Source: a virus (lineage: Duplodnaviria > Heunggongvirae > Uroviricota > Caudoviricetes). From it: a stretch of 37,577 nt of DNA. Location of the stretch: IMG/VR virus record IMGVR_UViG_2935054407_000002, positions 1-37,577 of that record. One strand, 5' to 3'. How positions within the stretch are numbered: the first letter of the stretch is position 1; the number at the start of each line of letters is the position of its first letter. The position numbers and the translations under genes are program-made. Under the pieces are notes generated by a model. That model saw nothing but the letters and a program-made list of their open reading frames with translations, made no database searches and had not been told where the DNA came from. Shown one piece after another: positions 32,901 through 37,577 of this stretch.

Positions 32901-33961
32901 TCAGCCTCGGCGTCCTTGACATCAAGTGCGGCTTCCCGCTGGTCAAGAGCATTGCCCTTGGCGCGCTGCGCCATGGACTGCAGGTCCTTGATCGCCTGCT
33001 TCCGCGCCTTGTTCAGGTTCTCTTGCGCCTTGAGGGCTCCGCGCTGAGCATCAGCGAGAGACCTCTCCGCCTGAGCCGAACGCTGAGCAGCGGACACCTG
33101 CGCCTGAGCCGCCGCAGCGACCGCCGAGCTCAGCCGCTTCTTCGCGTCCGCTACACCTTCGACGGCGTCCTTGACCCTGTCCTGCGCGGACCGCATCTGA
33201 TCAGCGGCATTCGCTGCCTGTAGCTGCTTGATCTGCGCCTGAGCAGCCTCGACGGCGAGGTTCCGGGTCGCGCCCGCAGCGGCGGTGAGGCCGGACGCGG
33301 CCCCTGTCGCTGCTTTTTCCTGCTCCTTCAGTGCATCGTTGATCCTGCTCAAGCTCGGCCCGGCCACCGCCGCAACCCCAACCAGCCCAGCACCAGCTGC
33401 AGCGAACACTCCGCCGAGCGCACCAGCCCCCAGAGCAGCTGTAGCTGCCAGGGGGACAGCGGCCAGCGCCGCAGTCACCAGACCAATCGCCGCCAGGGCA
33501 CCAGCGACGTCCACGTCCACGCGTGCGTTCGCGGTACGCCCGTCCAAACGAGCGATCTCCGCATCAACTGTTACGAGCTGCCCGAGCGCACCGCCGGTGT
33601 CGGCGTCGACCTGCACGTTGGCCGTACGTCCATCGACTCGCTGAGCCTCAGCCGCAACAGCCGCCAAGCCGGCGGACGCCGCAGACGTGTCGGCGTCCAC
33701 CCGCACCCGCGCGGACTGCCCGCCGAGCGCTGCCAATTGGCTACGTAGACGGGCGACCTCACCGGTTGCCGCCGACGTGTCCAACCCGGCCTGAAGGCGA
33801 ATGTCCTTCAGCTGCGACTGGATGCCCTGCTGAAGCTGCTGGCCGATCTCATGGCCGAGCTTGGGAATCCCCGGCATGATCTGCCGCTTCAGGTCCGCAC
33901 TGAAGGTCTTCGCGCTCGGAACGACCGGGACGACGACTTCGCCAGCCTGGAACTCCGCCAC
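29936..33961 (-). CDS. Tape measure protein with C-terminal NlpC/P60 peptidase
   Basis: 1341 aa; long coiled coil, periodic W/F amphipathic repeats, GKPYQWGATGPDSFDCSGL...HVWMY. Confidence 0.95.
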   Translation of the reverse strand: MAEFQAGEVVVPVVPSAKTFSADLKRQIMPGIPKLGHEIGQQLQQGIQSQLKDIRLQAGLDTSAATGEVARLRSQLAALGGQSARVRVDADTSAASAGLAAVAAEAQRVDGRTANVQVDADTGGALGQLVTVDAEIARLDGRTANARVDVDVAGALAAIGLVTAALAAVPLAATAALGAGALGGVFAAAGAGLVGVAAVAGPSLSRINDALKEQEKAATGAASGLTAAAGATRNLAVEAAQAQIKQLQAANAADQMRSAQDRVKDAVEGVADAKKRLSSAVAAAAQAQVSAAQRSAQAERSLADAQRGALKAQENLNKARKQAIKDLQSMAQRAKGNALDQREAALDVKDAEAELVAARKKGDPEDIERAEIAYERVKLRIEELAAEQANLAEEQAKGIEGNDQVVAAKEAIAAANERVIEQERQLAQAYAEAGKAGEEAAKRVAEARKGVKDAEERVDDAKRALEQQKRQQKIAELQDKIRREQAKDQAKRQAEAAKRAAAAASAAAAKAGAKTAKLSPAEAIAAKQIKAFKAAYEAFQKELGPAVLPVITGGLDVIQKLFTPLTPLIKGSAGALVELEKAASKALGGKFWTTFFKDLTKQAPTAIGGLGKSFGNIIKGIAGIVQAFLPFTGTIVGGLEKVTAAFARWGANLGKSEGFKAFIGYVRANWPTIQTIFANLVAAVKNVVSSLAPLGSAVLATISGIFQIISTLDPATIRGIAVAIGAVVVALKLWAIAQRVLNIVLAANPIGLIVAAIGLVVGAVIAAYHAFPEFKAVVDAAFQGISAAVTWAWETVIKPALEALRAFAVNVLAPAITWLWRNVIVPAWTGIATVVTTAWNTVIKPALQALWNFITTVLAPKVLWLFENVIKPVFEKVGTAIKTAWTVVIQPALKALWSFITETLAPKISWLYENIVKPVFAKFGEVIKAAWENVIKPALTALWKFVTEDIPNGFKKGVGLIEGFWNGLKEIARKPVQFIVDTVYNGGIVKVWNAVAKALKLPELAPIAFAKGGIYPGYTPGRDVGMAAVSGGEAIMRPEWTKAVGEDYVHSANKAARKGGVGGVARFLGVAGDPGAGFAGAFAGGGIVGDIADILAGGIRVGAETLLNPLLAKASSAMGDSPWAQMLVGIPKALIGGVVNFLGAKEDAAGGPGAGKAIAFARAQLGKPYQWGATGPDSFDCSGLVMRALQAAGAKGVPRVSQDQMQWVKPVAKPSPGDLGFPHPGHVWMYSSANKIIEAPFTGANVREVAARGAQLIGRPVYDSGGYLPPGESLVYNGTGRPEPVLTDQQWKAVQQGGARGGDGALLNVENFHATPEQSPYGIAKDLRFILGTGVRARGGR

Positions 33962-33988
33962 ACCCCACCACCAATCGCACGTTGTGGG

Positions 33989-34495
33989 TTAGGCAGGAGG
34001 TAGGCGCGCGGCCTTCACGGGTTCACTGGCACGCCAGGAGCCGGAGAGAGATCCACCGTTGATGCGCCGCCATACGGCTTCCTGTTGCTCCGGGGTGAGC
34101 TGGCGCCGGGCTGTTTTGCCCTTGGGTTTCACGCCTGGGCGAGGAACGGGGTCAGGCGCCTTCGACTTCTTGCTGCCATTAGCGGCGGCGGTGATATGAA
34201 CCAGCCAGCGGACAGAGTCGATGAGTGAGGCGGTCAGCATCTCCAGTTGTGACCACTGCCCTTGCGACGGGTCGCCGCCTTTAGTCGCCTGCTTGATCTC
34301 CGCGTCGCTCATCTTGTTCCGCATGGCTGTCTTGGTCGCGGACTCGGGCGGCAGGTGGCGAATCAGGTTCGCCACCAGCCGCCACGTCAGCTTTGCCTCG
34401 CCGCCGCCCGGCCTCCACAGGTCGCGCAAGTCGGTGCGGTGGCAGTGCATCCACAGGTCGGCCTCGATCGCGTCGTAATGCTCTGCGACGAGCAC
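33989..34495 (-). CDS. Tail assembly chaperone, downstream frame (probably made as a -1 frameshift fusion)
   Basis: Lies between the TAC and tape measure genes; open frame extends back through the slippery site; PDPVPRPG motif. Confidence 0.82.
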   Translation of the reverse strand: MLVAEHYDAIEADLWMHCHRTDLRDLWRPGGGEAKLTWRLVANLIRHLPPESATKTAMRNKMSDAEIKQATKGGDPSQGQWSQLEMLTASLIDSVRWLVHITAAANGSKKSKAPDPVPRPGVKPKGKTARRQLTPEQQEAVWRRINGGSLSGSWRASEPVKAARLPPA

Positions 34496-34506
34496 GACGA
34501 GGCCGG

Positions 34507-34851
34507 CTATTCCCCCCGGGTGAGACCCTGGTAATGCTTCGTGGATGCCTCGATGAGGGCGCTCAGGTCCTCCGTGGAGACGTTCGGAATCTTGCAGAAG
34601 CGCTCGTAGTCGTCGCCAAGGAGTTCGGCGACGAACTTGCGGAAATCACCGCTGTCGCTACCCAGGTCCGTCGCGACCTGCCAGTCAGCGTCTCCGGGGG
34701 GCTTCATGGTGAAGAACTCGCCGTCGATATCGAACACGAACGGCTGAGCAGCTGCTTCGCGTTTCCGGTCTCGTAGGGAAAACAGAGAGACCGGGGCGCC
34801 GTCCTGCGTGATGACCTTCGACGCCGAAGGGGTTCGCTTCGCGGGAGGCAT
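34507..34851 (-). CDS. Tail assembly chaperone
   Basis: 114 aa after the major tail gene; PFVFDIDGEFFTMKPP...ELLGDDYERF. Confidence 0.85.
   Translation of the reverse strand: MPPAKRTPSASKVITQDGAPVSLFSLRDRKREAAAQPFVFDIDGEFFTMKPPGDADWQVATDLGSDSGDFRKFVAELLGDDYERFCKIPNVSTEDLSALIEASTKHYQGLTRGE
34510..34516 (-). other. GGGGGAA programmed -1 frameshift site
   Basis: CGG GGG GAA TAG at the end of the TAC gene; the -1 frame GGA ATA GCC... is continuous with 33989-34495. Confidence 0.85.
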
Positions 34852-35435
34852 CAGGACAGGTGCTCCTCAACCTCAGGCGCCATGTACGAGTGGTAGACGA
34901 GGACTCCGTTGGAGTCCGGGTAGGTCGAGATGGTCCACTCGTAGCCGGCGATCTCACCCTGGGCGTAGGTCACGTCGCTGCGTTCGGTGATCTCGGCCTC
35001 GGGGACGTAAAACCTCTCCCAGACGGTGCCGTCGTAGACGTCGAACAGCCACGCGCGCCGGTCGGGGGTGGGGGTGGCCGTCTCGGAGAACGTGACGATG
35101 CCGTCCACGTCCGGGACCAGGTCAGCCACAGGGATCCGGTTGTGCAAGCTACGGACGATGGGACGGTTGGTCTCCCACGCCGTCAGGCTGAAGGTCCGCA
35201 CGCTGGACGTCGTCACCGTCCGGAACGGCGACACCTGACCCCACGGAGTGAACGACTCGCTGTCCTCCTCGACACCGTTGGTGAGACCGTCGTCAGAGAT
35301 GGCGCCGATCGCGAGCCACGCACCAGTCGGCGCGGCCTCCTTGTTGACAGGCTGAGCAGTACCGAGCGGCGCGCACCACGCGCCGCCGTTGCTGCCGACG
35401 ACCGAAAGATCGGCGGCCCTGATGATGTTGACCAT
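34851..35435 (-). CDS. Major tail (tube) protein
   Basis: GAISDDGLT...FTPWG...RT; AAGGAG RBS before ATG 35435. Confidence 0.88.
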   Translation of the reverse strand: MVNIIRAADLSVVGSNGGAWCAPLGTAQPVNKEAAPTGAWLAIGAISDDGLTNGVEEDSESFTPWGQVSPFRTVTTSSVRTFSLTAWETNRPIVRSLHNRIPVADLVPDVDGIVTFSETATPTPDRRAWLFDVYDGTVWERFYVPEAEITERSDVTYAQGEIAGYEWTISTYPDSNGVLVYHSYMAPEVEEHLS

Positions 35436-35470
35436 GGTGAGCTCCTTCAAGCCGCTGGTCGTGGGCATGC

Positions 35471-35498
35471 AAAACCCCCGGCCATGGCGGCTCGGGGG
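35471..35498 (-). terminator. Terminator-like hairpin before the major tail gene
   Basis: cccccg...cggggg followed by T4 on the minus strand. Confidence 0.5.
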
Positions 35499-35514
35499 CT
35501 GGATAGAGGAAAGG

Positions 35515-35889
35515 TCAGGCGGGATGGACGACGAACCTGTAGCTGGCCTCGTAGCGGCGCATGCCGGGGTTGTCGTACGGCACCCGATGAGGGCCGGTGG
35601 AGGTCTCTACGCGGGAGATCACGGCGCCGACCGGTGCGTGGCTCGCGAACTCCTCATGCAGCCGGTACTGGATCTGTGAGGCAAGGGCGAATGCTGCCGG
35701 GCCGGACGCGGCGAACACCGCGACGTCCACGGTTGGCTGATCCCGGCGGAATCCGTCGTAGCCCCCGCCAGTGCGGACAACCTGCACCCAAGGCAACTGG
35801 CTATCCAGGTCAGATGGCGTTTCGGTGGATGCAGAGACGTCCACGCTGGCCTCTAACCAGGCGATGAGGACCGCTTCAATGTCGATCAC
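35515..35889 (-). CDS. Tail terminator/completion protein
   Basis: DIEAVLIAWL...LPWVQVVRTGG...PTVDVAVFA...RRYEASY. Confidence 0.82.
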   Translation of the reverse strand: MIDIEAVLIAWLEASVDVSASTETPSDLDSQLPWVQVVRTGGGYDGFRRDQPTVDVAVFAASGPAAFALASQIQYRLHEEFASHAPVGAVISRVETSTGPHRVPYDNPGMRRYEASYRFVVHPA

Positions 35890-36191
35890 TCGTCACCCGC
35901 AGCCTTACCCATCACCCGGTAACGCGGAGTACGGGAGGTCCCCCACTCCACGTACGGGGCGTTTGGCGCGTAGTTGATGACCTTGGATACGGCTCGCGAT
36001 TTCGCCCCTTCGCGGGCACCAGTTTCGACGCGGAAGGAATCCGCATAGCGGCCACTGTCTTGCGGAGCGAGGGACTTAGCTTTGTCCTTGACCTGCTCAG
36101 CCCGCGTCTCCATTTCCCGCTGCATCTGAGCGGAGCGAAGCATCTCGCCGATCCCCTTGTAGTTGCTGCGGAAGCGTGCACGAGGAGGCAC
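35886..36191 (-). CDS. HK97 gp10-like tail component
   Basis: AKSLAPQDSGRYADS, APYVEWGT; AGGAGGT RBS before GTG 36191. Confidence 0.82.
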   Translation of the reverse strand: MPPRARFRSNYKGIGEMLRSAQMQREMETRAEQVKDKAKSLAPQDSGRYADSFRVETGAREGAKSRAVSKVINYAPNAPYVEWGTSRTPRYRVMGKAAGDE

Positions 36192-36202
36192 CAGACACCT
36201 CC

Positions 36203-36526
36203 TCAGCCAGTCACACGAGTCAGTCGGGCCTCGACGCCAGCGCGGGTAGGGGTGAAGGGCGAGTTCCACACGGAGGGGATGCCGTTGATCTCGTAGACCA
36301 GGCCACGCACCTTGACGCGCTCGTACGCGGTGAGGTTGGTGTCAGGCGGGAAGAGGATCGTGAGTTGCTCGCTCGTCTGGTCTTGGCCCTGGATGTTCTC
36401 GGTGCTGCCGGTCGGCCAGACCACACACCCCGAGATGCTGGCCTCGCCCCAGGTCCATGTCTTGTTGCCGTGAGAGTCCCGCGGCCCAGCGGTGCGGCGC
36501 AGGACAGTGACGACCTCGCCCCTCAC
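36203..36526 (-). CDS. Head closure/head-tail adaptor protein
   Basis: VTVLRR...DSHGN...RVKVRGLVYEING.P..W..PF; GTGA-coupled to the glycosyltransferase. Confidence 0.82.
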   Translation of the reverse strand: MRGEVVTVLRRTAGPRDSHGNKTWTWGEASISGCVVWPTGSTENIQGQDQTSEQLTILFPPDTNLTAYERVKVRGLVYEINGIPSVWNSPFTPTRAGVEARLTRVTG

Positions 36527-37512
36527 CCGAGGGCCTCGATCGCCTTGCACCACCGCGCCAGATCCGCCGCCGGGTCGAGCTGTGCGGACCGCTGTAGCGC
36601 CGCTGCGGACGCCGTCTCGTACGCGGCTGGATCGTCGAGGCGCTCAACTGCCGCCTGCCAGCCGTCCAAGTCGTCCTTGCGGACGAACGTGCCGGCCTTG
36701 CCAAGCGACTCCCGGAGCCCTGGTGTTGGGGTAGCGATCACCGGGATGCCGGAGGCCATAGCCTCCGCTCCGACCCGGCCCCACGACTCGTACTCGGACG
36801 GCATAAGCAGGATCCGCGTCCGGCCGTAGACGAGCTTGGCCATCTCAGGACCGGGGACGTTATCGACGACCTCGACGTTGGGGAGGTCTCTGACGTCCTG
36901 CTCGCCGTAAGATCCGCGGACCGCGAGGAACTTCCGGCCAGGCATGCGCTCGGCGAGCTGCCAGAACACGTCGCTGCCCTTGTTGACGAACAAGTTGATC
37001 AACGTGATGCAGTTGCCGGGGCTCGCGGCGTAGTCAGCAGCAACAACCGGCGGCCGGACGATGACCTCCCGCTCAGGACGGGCCAGCTTCGGATGCTCCG
37101 CGAAGTACTCCCCCGCGGCTGCCGCCATCCATTGCGAGTTGTAGACCGCGAGCGCCGTCGTCCCGGATCCGATCTGCTTGAACGTCGCCGGGAACGTGTT
37201 GTGGCACAGCACGACAAGCGGCCGACCCCAGCCGCGAGCCGCAGCCGCAGCCGACGGCACGTTCTCCAAGTGGGAGATGACCACGCCAGCTGTGCGCGTC
37301 TCCTTGCCGAAGTCCCGGCGGAGGGCCGGCGGGATGACCTGCACCCCGTCCAGGTCGAAAGCTTCCCGCGGCCCGGGAGCCTCGGAAAGGTGGACCTCGA
37401 CCTGATGCCCGCGAGCAGCGAGGGCTCGTAGGAGGTTGTGTGCGGCCCACTCGGCGCCGGCGTTGTGATGCGGCGGATAAGCGTGCAGTTTCGCCAAGAT
37501 CCTCATCATCAC
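36523..37512 (-). CDS. GT-B glycosyltransferase (family 4-like)
   Basis: GAEWAAHNLLRALAARGHQVEV; LLMPSEYESWGRVGAEAMASGIPVIAT (EX7E motif). Confidence 0.92.
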   Translation of the reverse strand: MMMRILAKLHAYPPHHNAGAEWAAHNLLRALAARGHQVEVHLSEAPGPREAFDLDGVQVIPPALRRDFGKETRTAGVVISHLENVPSAAAAARGWGRPLVVLCHNTFPATFKQIGSGTTALAVYNSQWMAAAAGEYFAEHPKLARPEREVIVRPPVVAADYAASPGNCITLINLFVNKGSDVFWQLAERMPGRKFLAVRGSYGEQDVRDLPNVEVVDNVPGPEMAKLVYGRTRILLMPSEYESWGRVGAEAMASGIPVIATPTPGLRESLGKAGTFVRKDDLDGWQAAVERLDDPAAYETASAAALQRSAQLDPAADLARWCKAIEALG

Positions 37513-37577
37513 CCCACCCGCACAGAGATCATGCCTACGGTCCGCCGATAACGGCTGAGCGCCTTGCGCTCCGCCTC
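37509..37577 (-). CDS. C-terminal fragment of probable head-tail adaptor (partial)
   Basis: EAERKALSRYRRTVGMISVRVG*, stop overlapping the GT start; only 22 codons visible. Confidence 0.5.
   Translation of the reverse strand, partial: EAERKALSRYRRTVGMISVRVG

Larger units (their letters stand above)
21584..37577 (-). mobile_element. Siphovirus-type (pro)phage late region: head-tail joining, tail and lysis modules
   Basis: Canonical gene order and motifs on one strand with tight translational coupling; continues beyond the right edge. Confidence 0.95.

Overview
High-GC actinomycete sequence that looks entirely mobile. The right part (21.6-37.6 kb, minus strand) is a siphovirus late region: end of a head-tail adaptor, a GT4 glycosyltransferase, head closure, HK97-gp10-like protein, tail terminator, major tail protein, tail assembly chaperones with a GGGGGAA -1 frameshift, tape measure with NlpC/P60, minor tail proteins, and a CHAP endolysin/holin lysis cassette. 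The left part is accessory and plasmid-like: SPFH protein (apparently 5'-truncated), GntR, XRE-DUF5753/DUF397 pair, Panacea-MazF toxin-antitoxin pair, and a Streptomyces-type transfer operon (DUF2637, small membrane proteins, FtsK/TraB-like ATPase, WhiB) ending in a Xer-like recombinase with a dif-like site at its stop codon. Two non-coding elements stand out. (1) A cas-less four-repeat array of degenerate type I-E CRISPR-like repeats with unusually short 20-21 nt spacers (15740-15916), directly behind a two-gene HTH/RHH operon. (2) A complete tRNA-Glu-like cloverleaf whose anticodon loop is replaced by a UUCG-capped stem (21450-21528). All protein family calls come from recognising motifs by eye; no database search was run.
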